Shown in pieces: positions 8,161 to 16,836 of a stretch of 62,965 bases of DNA (its first letter is position 1; every line of letters starts with the position of its first letter). A model generated the notes under the pieces. The model ran no database searches. It saw only the letters and a list, made by a program, of their open reading frames with translations, and had not been told where the DNA came from. Origin of the DNA: Thermoplasmatota archaeon (GTDB lineage Archaea > Thermoplasmatota > Penumbrarchaeia > Penumbrarchaeales > Penumbrarchaeaceae). The DNA lies in assembly GCA_049472215.1 (NCBI GenBank), contig JBLIRH010000007.1:1-62965 (forward strand). The letters are read 5' to 3'. The position numbers were made by a program, and so were the translations under genes.

Positions 8161-9240
8161 ATGGATAGCGAAGCCCATGGTCCAAGGGGGGTCCTCGAAC
8201 TCGAGGACGGCACGTTGTTCGAGGGGGTCCTTTTCGGAAGGATCGGTCGAACGGACGGAGAGGTCGTTTTCAACACGGGAATGGTCGGTTACGTCGAGAG
8301 CCTGACGGACCCTTCCTATTCCGGACAGATACTCACCTTCACTTATCCGCTCATGGGAAATTACGGGGTGCCCCCCTGGGAAAAAGGGAGGTTCGAATCA
8401 GAAAGGGTCCAGGTCCGGGGGATCGTGGTCTCCGACCTTATCCGGGAGCATTCCCACTGGGAGTCGGAGAAGGGGCTCCATGATTGGATGGAAGAAAGCG
8501 CCATAGTCGGCATTTCCGGGGTCGACACAAGGGAGCTCACAAAGGTTCTGAGGGAAAGGGGCACGATGCTCGGGAGGATCCTTCCGGTCGAGGACAGGTC
8601 CGAGGGTTTCGAAGTAAAGGACCCGAACAGGTCCCACCTCGTTGCAGGAGTTTCGATGCCAGGGATGAGGGAGTTCAAGGATGACGGACCGCGTATAACG
8701 GTCATCGACTGCGGGTGCAAGGAGAGCATCGTCCGGTCCCTCAGACAGAGAGGATGCTACGTAACGGTCGTCCCGCACGACCATGATCTGAGCGGGATCG
8801 AATACGACGGCGTCCTGATCTCCAACGGGCCGGGAGACCCTGCGATGTGCAGGGAGACCATAGGGACAGTTAAAGGACTGCTTGATCGGAACGTCCCCAC
8901 CGGAGGTATCTGCCTGGGCTGTCAGCTGATCGCGTTAGCTGCTGGAGGGAAGACCTACAAGCTGCCCTTCGGGCACAGGTCCCACAATCAGCCCTGCGAG
9001 GAGGTCGGGACCAAGCACTGCGTCGTGACGAGCCAGAACCACGGCTACGCCGTGGATGATGCTTCTCTCCCGAAGGGATGGGAGATCTGGTACAGGAATC
9101 TCAACGACAGGACTGTGGAGGGCATCAGGCACTCAACGAAACCCTTCATGGCGGTCCAGTTCCATCCCGAAGCCTCACCGGGCCCTACCGATCCAAAGGG
9201 TTTCTTCGACATGTTCCTGGAGGTGGTCCGCCGTGGTTAG
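8161..9240 (+). CDS. carA: carbamoyl-phosphate synthase small (glutamine amidotransferase) subunit
   Basis: LELEDGTLFEG..., VFNTGMVGYVESLTDPSYSGQIL, and the GATase triad region GICLGCQL...HGYAV...QFHPE. Confidence 0.95.
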   Translation: MDSEAHGPRGVLELEDGTLFEGVLFGRIGRTDGEVVFNTGMVGYVESLTDPSYSGQILTFTYPLMGNYGVPPWEKGRFESERVQVRGIVVSDLIREHSHWESEKGLHDWMEESAIVGISGVDTRELTKVLRERGTMLGRILPVEDRSEGFEVKDPNRSHLVAGVSMPGMREFKDDGPRITVIDCGCKESIVRSLRQRGCYVTVVPHDHDLSGIEYDGVLISNGPGDPAMCRETIGTVKGLLDRNVPTGGICLGCQLIALAAGGKTYKLPFGHRSHNQPCEEVGTKHCVVTSQNHGYAVDDASLPKGWEIWYRNLNDRTVEGIRHSTKPFMAVQFHPEASPGPTDPKGFFDMFLEVVRRG

Positions 9241-12200
9241 GAAGGTCATGGTCCTGGGAAGCGGCGGATTGAGGATCGGACAGGCCGGCGAGTTCGATTA
9301 TTCTGGTTCGCAGGCGCTCAAGGCGTTGAAGGAGGAGGGAGTGGAAACCGTCCTCGTCAATCCGAACATAGCCACCGTCCAGACCACCAAGGAGATGGCG
9401 GACAAGCTCTACCTTCTTCCGGTGGACGCCCCGACCGTTGAACGCATAATAGAGAGGGAAAGGCCTGACGGTATCCTCCTGGGTTTCGGGGGTCAGACAG
9501 GTCTCAATGTGGGGGTCGAGCTTTACGATAAAGGCGTCCTTGAAAAGTTCGGTGTCGAGGTGCTCGGAACCCCTGTCGAGACCATCAAGGATACCGAGGA
9601 CCGCGAGCGCTTCATAGACAGGCTCAACGAGATCGAGGTCAAGACAGCACGATCCAGGGCATGCAGCGATCTCAAGACAGCTGTCAAAGCGGCGGCCGAC
9701 ATCGGATACCCGGTGATGATAAGGGCTGCCTTCGCGCTCGGGGGTCTAGGCAGCGGGGTCGCCATCGACGAAAAAGAGCTCAAACCCCTGGTGAAGAAAG
9801 CCCTCAACCTTGCCCCCCAGATACTCGTCGAGGAGTATCTCGAAGGCTGGAAGGAGGTCGAGTACGAGGTTGTCCGGGATGTACACGGCAACTGCATCAC
9901 CGTATGCAACATGGAGAATCTGGACCCCATGGGCATCCATACCGGCGAATCCATCGTCATCGCTCCCAGCCAGACCCTCACAGATGTGGAATACCACCTC
10001 CTCAGGGAGGTCGCAATAAGGACGGTGAAGCACCTCAAGATCGTCGGGGAATGCAATATACAGTATGCCCTCGACCCTAAAAGCTGCGATTATCGGGTGA
10101 TAGAGGTCAATGCAAGGCTTTCCCGGTCCTCGGCCCTTGCAAGTAAGGCCACGGGATATCCTCTTGCTTACGTGGCAGCCCACCTTGCCCTCGGCAGGTC
10201 GCTTGCAGAGCTACCAAACAAAGTGACGGGGAAGACCGTCGCTTTCTTCGAACCCGCACTCGATTACGTGGTCGTGAAGGTCCCCAGATGGGACCTCGAG
10301 CGGTTCCGCGGGATCGACCCCCGCATCGGCTCGCAGATGAAGAGCGTGGGGGAGGTCATGGCAATAGGGAGGGGATTCGAGGAAACCCTCCAGAAAGCAC
10401 TCAGGATGCTCGGGACCGGCATGCACGGACTGGTGCTGAACAGGCTTCAGTTCGATCATCTGGAGGATGAGCTCAAGGAACCGACCCATCGGAGGATCTT
10501 CGCGATCAGCGAAGCTTTCTCGAGAGGAATGGACGTTGAGGAGGTCCATGCTCTCACCAGGATCGATCGGTGGTTCCTCCACAGGATCAGGAATGTCATC
10601 GATATCAACAAACAGCTGGAAAAGGAAGGGGACCGGATAACCCGGGATACGATGCTGGAGGCGAAGAGGCTTGGTTTCAGCGATTTCCAGGTCGGAAAGG
10701 CAACGGGGATCCACATGGACGAGGTACGGAAGATCAGGAAGGCCTGGGGCATCCTTCCGTCGATCAAGCAGATAGACACGCTTGCGGCCGAGTACCCTGC
10801 TTCCACAAACTATCTTTACATGACCTACAACGGTGCCTACAACGACATCGAACCGAAGGCCGGATCGGTCATGGTCCTTGGCAGCGGTTCCTACAGGATC
10901 GGCTCCAGCGTGGAGTTCGACTGGTGCGGGGTTACTGCTGTAAGGACTGCTAGAAAGGAAGGATACAGGACGATAATGGTCAACTGCAATCCCGAAACGG
11001 TCTCCACCGATTTCGATATCTGTGATCGGCTCTACTTCGAGGAGCTGACGCTCGAGAGGGTCCTGGACATCTACGAGTTCGAGTTCCCCGAAGGGGTCAT
11101 CGTATCCACGGGAGGACAGGTCTCGAACAACCTTGCACCCAGACTGAACTCCCACGCGGTGAAGATCCTGGGGACCTCCCCGGAGAACATAGACCGGGCG
11201 GAGGACCGGAACAAGTTCTCGTCGCTCCTTGACGAACTCGAGATCGATCAGCCGGAATGGACCGAGGCGAACTCCCTCGAAGAGGCGAAAGGTTTCGCCG
11301 ACAGGGTCGGCTACCCTGTGATGATACGGCCCTCCTACGTTCTGTCCGGGGCCGCAATGGCGGTCGTATTCGACCCTGCGACACTTGAAGCCTACCTGAC
11401 ACGGGCCACGGAAGTGAACCCTGCCAACCCAGTGGTCGTCTCCAAGTTTCTGGAGGATGCCAAGGAGATAGAGTTCGACGCTGTTGCGAACAAGGGGGAG
11501 ATCCTCCTTTATTCCATCGGGGAGCATGTCGAGAACGCGGGGGTACATTCAGGGGACGCCACCGTCGTGATCCCGCCCCAGAGGCTTTACGTGGAGACCA
11601 TCAGAAGGATCAAGGAAGCTTCGAGGAAGATCGCAAAAGCCCTTAACATAACGGGTCCCTTCAATATCCAGTACCTTGCCAAGGAGAACAGGCTCAGGGT
11701 CATAGAATGCAATCTGAGAGCTTCCAGGACCTTTCCCTTCGCATCAAAGGTACTACGTCACGATATGATCGAGCTGGCCACCAAAGCCATGCTCGGGGCT
11801 CCGGTAGATAGGGTGGAAAGCTCCTCCATAGATCTCGACCGGGTCGGTGTCAAGGCGGCCCAGTTCTCCTTCAGCAGGCTGAAGGGGGCCGATCCGACCA
11901 TGGGGGTCGCTATGGCCTCCACAGGAGAGGTCGGATGCATAGGGGCGGATATGGATGAGGCACTGCTCTCCGCCCTGAGGTCCGTCGGGTTCAGGATGGA
12001 TAAGAGGACGGCCCTGGTCTCAACGGGACCTCTGATCAAGAAAGCTCAGTGGCTCCCGGTCGTGAGAGAACTAAAGGAGATGGGCTACAAATTGTACGCG
12101 ACTGCCGGAACGGCACGCTTCATGAGAGTGAACAATATCGAGACCGAAACACTCAGGTGGCCCCTGGAAGAAGCCCCACCAAACTCCCTGGATTACATCC

Positions 12201-12403
12201 GGGACGGGAAGATCGGGCTCGTCATAAACATCCCCAAGAACAACGAGGAGGAGGAGCTCTCCAACGATTACCTCATCAGAAGGACCGCTGTTGATAACGA
12301 CGTCCCCCTCATCACGAACCTCAAGCTTGCGGAAAGAATGCTGGAAGCGTTGAAGCATTACGATTTCGACGATCTCCCTGTAAGGGAATGGGACGACCTC
12401 TGA
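9233..12403 (+). CDS. carB: carbamoyl-phosphate synthase large subunit
   Basis: VLGSGGLRIGQAGEFDYSGSQA, a duplicated ATP-grasp half (VLGSGSYRIGSSVEFDWC), and an MGS-like C-terminus. About 1056 aa, a normal length with no intein. The start is either GTG 9233, overlapping the carA stop, or ATG 9248. The ORF-track start at 9056 is an artefactual extension. Confidence 0.95.
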   Translation: MVRKVMVLGSGGLRIGQAGEFDYSGSQALKALKEEGVETVLVNPNIATVQTTKEMADKLYLLPVDAPTVERIIERERPDGILLGFGGQTGLNVGVELYDKGVLEKFGVEVLGTPVETIKDTEDRERFIDRLNEIEVKTARSRACSDLKTAVKAAADIGYPVMIRAAFALGGLGSGVAIDEKELKPLVKKALNLAPQILVEEYLEGWKEVEYEVVRDVHGNCITVCNMENLDPMGIHTGESIVIAPSQTLTDVEYHLLREVAIRTVKHLKIVGECNIQYALDPKSCDYRVIEVNARLSRSSALASKATGYPLAYVAAHLALGRSLAELPNKVTGKTVAFFEPALDYVVVKVPRWDLERFRGIDPRIGSQMKSVGEVMAIGRGFEETLQKALRMLGTGMHGLVLNRLQFDHLEDELKEPTHRRIFAISEAFSRGMDVEEVHALTRIDRWFLHRIRNVIDINKQLEKEGDRITRDTMLEAKRLGFSDFQVGKATGIHMDEVRKIRKAWGILPSIKQIDTLAAEYPASTNYLYMTYNGAYNDIEPKAGSVMVLGSGSYRIGSSVEFDWCGVTAVRTARKEGYRTIMVNCNPETVSTDFDICDRLYFEELTLERVLDIYEFEFPEGVIVSTGGQVSNNLAPRLNSHAVKILGTSPENIDRAEDRNKFSSLLDELEIDQPEWTEANSLEEAKGFADRVGYPVMIRPSYVLSGAAMAVVFDPATLEAYLTRATEVNPANPVVVSKFLEDAKEIEFDAVANKGEILLYSIGEHVENAGVHSGDATVVIPPQRLYVETIRRIKEASRKIAKALNITGPFNIQYLAKENRLRVIECNLRASRTFPFASKVLRHDMIELATKAMLGAPVDRVESSSIDLDRVGVKAAQFSFSRLKGADPTMGVAMASTGEVGCIGADMDEALLSALRSVGFRMDKRTALVSTGPLIKKAQWLPVVRELKEMGYKLYATAGTARFMRVNNIETETLRWPLEEAPPNSLDYIRDGKIGLVINIPKNNEEEELSNDYLIRRTAVDNDVPLITNLKLAERMLEALKHYDFDDLPVREWDDL

Positions 12404-12411
12404 ATAGGCCC

Positions 12412-14112
12412 TTATGATACTCCTCTACTGGGTTCGCTCAATATGTACAAGACCTCAAGGTCCTCCGTTACAACCACCACCTGGTAAACTCCCCAGTAAT
12501 CCCCCCCCAGCGGTGCGTATATCAGCTTATAGGAAAAATACATGACCAACGCATAAACGGTGGACATTTCGAAATCGGTATGGTTCAGGACTTCAGTTGC
12601 CCTGTACTCCCATTCTGGATCCTTGATATGGGAGCCGTGGTACCCCTCGGGAAGAGAGCTTCCATCATCGGATTGGAACATGATCCTGCCGGTTTCCGGA
12701 TCAATGGCGTAACCGTTCAGTTCGTGAACCGTGGCTGTGTAATTGAAGAAAATGTGGGTTTTGAATTCTGTGTAGTTCCTCTGGGCGTTGTACCTTTCCG
12801 TGTAGTTCCTGATGGTCTCAGTATTGATGTAAGAAGGAACGCTATCGTACCACCATGATGGGGACCACTGCCCCTTCCCTGAAATGTTCTCATAATCAAG
12901 TTTCTCTATGGATTTAATGAGGTCTAGCTCCTTTTGATCATACGCTCTCCGGTCTAGAACATACTGATGGATTTGCCTCCATTCCACAGGGATCTTGAAA
13001 GGCTTTGATTGGATTGTGAAGTTCATATCACTGGTCGGGAGGTAGAACATCGTAACCTCCAGGTAAGTGTCGATCCAGTACCAGGTCATGTAGGTGTCAA
13101 TGAACCAATCCAAAGTTCTCCATTCCTCCCCCTCTCCGAGCTTGCCAGTGAAGATCATTGACTCCCGGATATCGAACTTCAAAATCGAGCTGCTATTTGG
13201 TCCGATCCAGATCTTTTTCATAGAGGAAGGCCATGTTCCATTTCCAATGGACCCGTTCCTCCTGGATCCAAGTTCGACACTATAGGACTTCCATCTATTG
13301 TCCAAGAAATCCGACCGGAAATGAAAGTAGATGTTCCCTTGGTCAAGATCGTTGGTTATAAGGTCACGGTCGCCTGTATTTCTCAATTCAACGTTGACCT
13401 CAAGACCTTCATCTATGTAGTGCCAGGGTTTTGAGCAATTTACCTCGAGGGTCAAAAAGTCCCGGAGCAGTTCATCGGCGGAATGGACGGATATCTCCAC
13501 CCAGGTCGTATTCATGATACCATCATCGTTTACAACGCTCAGACCCACGATATGTGTCCCTGCATCTGAGAATCTTTGCTTGATGACCTCTCCGTATCGT
13601 GTTGTGTTATGGACGCTCCATTTATAGATTGTGATGTTGCCATACTGATCAAAAGATGTCGAGCCGTTTAGGATCACAAGATCCCCTGTATAAATGCCTT
13701 CAGGACCAGGCTGGATCAGGACCCTGGGATGAGGAGGTTCAAGCGGTCGAACAAAGATCGTGATGCTCCTCTCCTCAATAATCCCGTGGTATCTGATCTT
13801 GACACGGATTTCATATTCGCCGGATCGGGAGAAATTATGTCTGAGCTTTTCACCCCATATGATCCTTCCTTCCTCCGGTATCGACCACGTAAGATTTGCT
13901 CTGTCCGGCATATCTTCCACTTTGAAAAGAACTGGTTTGTCGACATTTGGGTCAGATGTCATGACGATGATCCTTGGGTCCTCCTTGACGCCGTCGCTCT
14001 CATCAACAACATAATATTTCGAAAGAATGGAGGTTAGCAACATGCTGCTGAGCATCACCATAGAAATGAGCATTGTTAAAAGGAATGCTGTTTTTGAACG
14101 TCTATGGCTCAT
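12412..14112 (-). CDS. membrane-anchored extracellular protein with two PKD-like domains, rich in N-glycosylation sequons
   Basis: N-terminal anchor (AFLLTMLISMVMLSSMLLTSIL). PKD-like segments (LTWSIPEEGRIIWGEKLRHNFSRSGEYEIRVKI; ITIYKWSVHNTTRYGEVIKQRFSDAGTHIVGLSVVNDDG). I count 16 N-x-S/T sequons. The gene is visibly more A+T-rich than its neighbours. Confidence 0.75.
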   Translation of the reverse strand: MSHRRSKTAFLLTMLISMVMLSSMLLTSILSKYYVVDESDGVKEDPRIIVMTSDPNVDKPVLFKVEDMPDRANLTWSIPEEGRIIWGEKLRHNFSRSGEYEIRVKIRYHGIIEERSITIFVRPLEPPHPRVLIQPGPEGIYTGDLVILNGSTSFDQYGNITIYKWSVHNTTRYGEVIKQRFSDAGTHIVGLSVVNDDGIMNTTWVEISVHSADELLRDFLTLEVNCSKPWHYIDEGLEVNVELRNTGDRDLITNDLDQGNIYFHFRSDFLDNRWKSYSVELGSRRNGSIGNGTWPSSMKKIWIGPNSSSILKFDIRESMIFTGKLGEGEEWRTLDWFIDTYMTWYWIDTYLEVTMFYLPTSDMNFTIQSKPFKIPVEWRQIHQYVLDRRAYDQKELDLIKSIEKLDYENISGKGQWSPSWWYDSVPSYINTETIRNYTERYNAQRNYTEFKTHIFFNYTATVHELNGYAIDPETGRIMFQSDDGSSLPEGYHGSHIKDPEWEYRATEVLNHTDFEMSTVYALVMYFSYKLIYAPLGGDYWGVYQVVVVTEDLEVLYILSEPSRGVS

Positions 14113-14287
14113 TTCTTCTCCCCTGCATCATACAACTCCGCTTTGACATTATTTTAAAATTTTCGTGCAAAATTGGAATATAATGATAGGACCACGAAAG
14201 CTTGCTCATGATAATAGGGGCGTACCAAAGTATTCATATAACTTGAAACCAAATCCATTCCGTTGGGGAGAATAAGCTGGTAATCGA

Positions 14288-15490
14288 ATGGGATTACGTA
14301 AAGTGTTCAAGAGCGGATTGGGAAGGTCAAGCCCGAACGGTCTCCATATGATGTACCAGACGGCTGATGTTCCGGGACTCGTGGAATATCTGGACAAGGT
14401 GAATTATGACCAGATCCCAGACATCCTCATGTATCTCACCAGACTATCCGAGATCGGATGGTTCGATCGGATCATCTCCCACGGAGCGATCCCCAAGGCG
14501 GTTAGTTCCATGGGGAACGGCTCCCAGATCCACAAGAGATGCGGCCTCTACCTCATTTACTCCCTCATCACCCAGGGCAGGGCCGATATCGTCCTGGCCA
14601 CCGATGGCGTGATCGAGAACATGCTCAAGGTCCTTGACGAGGAGGAGGAAGAGTCGATCGACAGGGGGGTCGCTTACTGCATGGCCATGATATGCCCTCT
14701 GGGTGGTGCGGAGACGTTCATTCGAAAAGGGGGTATCGAGAAGATAGCTCCGCTTGTAAGGTCCGATGACGAAATGACGGTGCTGTACACTCTTTACACC
14801 CTCAACGCGATCTCTTCCATGGGATACCAGATGGAGATACTCGAGACCAAGGTAAATCAGCATATCAGCTATCACATGCCGGACAATCCCGAGATAGAGA
14901 AGTTGAGCCAGATGCTGCTTGACGACCTCTACAATTGGAGAGAGGAGGACTTCATCCTTGACATGGACGAACTGGAGATCATCGAGACCGGGATCGAGCT
15001 TGCAGGTTTAGGCGAAAGGTACACAAGACCCGTGACCAAGAAACAGCGGATAGAGCCACGGGACGGCACGATCCTTGGCTATGACGGCAAGGAGATCAAG
15101 GGCAGGGACCACAGGGAGGTCGTCATAGAGCTTAAAAGGCGCAGGCTGGAGAAGATGAAGAAGAAAATTACAGGCGAACCGGAGAAGAAGGAAGAGAAGA
15201 AAAAGACCAAAGGACCCGAGAAAAGGTCAGATGTCAAAGCTCCTCAGCCTCCCCGGAGAATGGTCAGGCAGAGGGTTGTCAAGGCGAGGCCGGATATAAA
15301 ACTCGATGTCGAGAGGAAGGTCATCAACGTTACATCCGGTTCCCTGGACGATGTCCTGAAGGATCTGCAGAGCCCGGTGGCGGAACGTGTCCTCGCCAGG
15401 ACGCTCACAGAACCCGGCACGCCTCCTCCCATAGCGCAGGAAGCCAAAAGGCCCCCTGAAACGAACAGGGGAAAAGAGAACACGGTGTGA
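14288..15490 (+). CDS. armadillo-type repeat protein, paralog 1, with K/E/P-rich C-terminal tail
   Basis: ARM-like repeats (HGAIPKAVSSM; GGIEKIAPLVRSDDEMTVLYTLYTLNAISS). The N-terminal ~190 aa align collinearly with 16837..17787. Confidence 0.65.
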   Translation: MGLRKVFKSGLGRSSPNGLHMMYQTADVPGLVEYLDKVNYDQIPDILMYLTRLSEIGWFDRIISHGAIPKAVSSMGNGSQIHKRCGLYLIYSLITQGRADIVLATDGVIENMLKVLDEEEEESIDRGVAYCMAMICPLGGAETFIRKGGIEKIAPLVRSDDEMTVLYTLYTLNAISSMGYQMEILETKVNQHISYHMPDNPEIEKLSQMLLDDLYNWREEDFILDMDELEIIETGIELAGLGERYTRPVTKKQRIEPRDGTILGYDGKEIKGRDHREVVIELKRRRLEKMKKKITGEPEKKEEKKKTKGPEKRSDVKAPQPPRRMVRQRVVKARPDIKLDVERKVINVTSGSLDDVLKDLQSPVAERVLARTLTEPGTPPPIAQEAKRPPETNRGKENTV

Positions 15491-15545
15491 TTTCAGGGGA
15501 GCTTCTTTTAACCTGCAGGGAGTTCACCGGTAAGGAGGCTCCCTG

Positions 15546-16766
15546 TTGGAATTCGATCAGGTCATCATTGGTGCGGGCGTTGTGGGGGCAGCGACCGCCT
15601 ATCATCTGAAGAGGCTCTCCCCGGACTCGAACGTCCTCCTCCTCGACCGTGAGGACAGGGCAGGAGCGGGGAACACGGCAAAGAGCGCCGCCCTATACCG
15701 CAACATCTTCTCCTCCAAGGCGTCAAAGCTCCTCTCCACTAGCTCCATAAGATACTATCTTACGCTAGGCGATAAGGTCCAGATGAACCCTATTGGGTAT
15801 CTCTGGATGTTCTCGAGGAAGCAGTGGGAGGCATCCGGGGGAGCCATTTCGACGCTGGACCCATCGGAGGATGAGCTTTCCTTCCCGGATGGGAAAGAGA
15901 TATCCCGGGCCCTTAATATCAACACAAGAGGGGAGGGGATGTTCCCGGACATTTCAAAGGGGATATGGGGAAGGCTATGCGGCTCCCTCTCCGGAATGGG
16001 GCTTGCACAGCATTATTCGGAGCTTTTCCGGGACATGGGGGGCGAGGTCCGACTTGGAACCAATGTGGACGAAATAGTCCTGATGGGCAAGGACGTGAAA
16101 TATGCTCCCTGGGGCCCATCAGGGATCGACCATCTTGTCGATAACAAAGGTGAAACAATAGAGGCGTCGGAATACATCTTCGCCACCGGAGCGTGGACAC
16201 AGGAGCTGCTCGGAAAGATAGGCATCTTTACGGGAGTCCTTCCGAAAAAGCGCCAGCTGTTCGGTATCAAGGTGGACGATCCCTACACCATAGCGGGCGA
16301 TATCGACCTTGACAAGGCACCTGCCCTGATACTTCCTGGGGGCGGAACCTATGTGAAACCTCTGCTCCACCGTAAGCTGATGATACTGGGACTCGCCGAC
16401 GGCCTGGGACAGCCGTATGACATGTCCGATCCGGACTTCGATCAGGAATATTTCGAAAAGGGGATCTCGCCTGTCCTCGGGCATTACTTCCCTGAGCTTC
16501 GAGATTTCGAGCTCAAGATGAAATGGGCGGGTTACTATGCATATCATTGGCCGGACAAGAATCCTGTGGTGGAATCCGAGGGCAACATCATCTGGACAAG
16601 CGGAACATCCGGCTCGGGAATAATGAAAGCCGACGGGATCGGCCGCCTGACGGCCTCAAAGGTCCTGGGACTCAAGGATGCGGACCTTTACGACGGGTCG
16701 ATGATCAAGGTCGCCGACCTTTCTCTGAGGGAGCGCAGCGTCGAAATGGAGAGGTTCGTCATCTGA
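15546..16766 (+). CDS. FAD-dependent oxidoreductase (DAO / sarcosine-oxidase-beta-like family)
   Basis: N-terminal dinucleotide fold DQVIIGAGVVGAATAYHL and C-terminal GTSGSGIM motif. TTG start at 15546. Confidence 0.85.
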   Translation: MEFDQVIIGAGVVGAATAYHLKRLSPDSNVLLLDREDRAGAGNTAKSAALYRNIFSSKASKLLSTSSIRYYLTLGDKVQMNPIGYLWMFSRKQWEASGGAISTLDPSEDELSFPDGKEISRALNINTRGEGMFPDISKGIWGRLCGSLSGMGLAQHYSELFRDMGGEVRLGTNVDEIVLMGKDVKYAPWGPSGIDHLVDNKGETIEASEYIFATGAWTQELLGKIGIFTGVLPKKRQLFGIKVDDPYTIAGDIDLDKAPALILPGGGTYVKPLLHRKLMILGLADGLGQPYDMSDPDFDQEYFEKGISPVLGHYFPELRDFELKMKWAGYYAYHWPDKNPVVESEGNIIWTSGTSGSGIMKADGIGRLTASKVLGLKDADLYDGSMIKVADLSLRERSVEMERFVI

Positions 16767-16836
16767 CATATCGGACCCTGAACCAATACATTAATACACC
16801 CCGACAGCACACTACCACAAGGAAAGGGAGAACACA

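Noticed and set aside
9056-9232. N-terminal extensions suggested by the ORF track for carB (9056), hypF (21388), hypC (23842), hypD (24410), orc1 (38313), psmA (46101), the C45 peptidase (52700), the SDR (53582), YdjM (55440) and purC (57170).
   Set aside because: The extensions overlap upstream genes or add non-homologous residues before conserved N-termini (for example MCLAIPG in HypC, and the Rossmann motif in the SDR). Internal starts with SD-like motifs fit better.
10211-11548. 445-aa minus-strand ORF inside carB. Similar long antisense ORFs occur at 253..1212, 6208..6936, 7399..8178, 26007..26789, 38949..39767, 44632..45402, 51244..52011, 54071..54757 and 56342..57166.
   Set aside because: The opposite strand has unambiguous family motifs in each case. 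The antisense products are R/G/P/H-rich and low in complexity, as expected from stop-poor antisense frames in GC-rich coding DNA.
9233-12403. Possible inteins or large insertions in carB, hypF, orc1 and dinB.
   Set aside because: All have family-typical lengths (about 1056, 779, 391 and 366 aa) and contiguous conserved motifs. No Cys/Ser...HN splice-junction blocks were seen.
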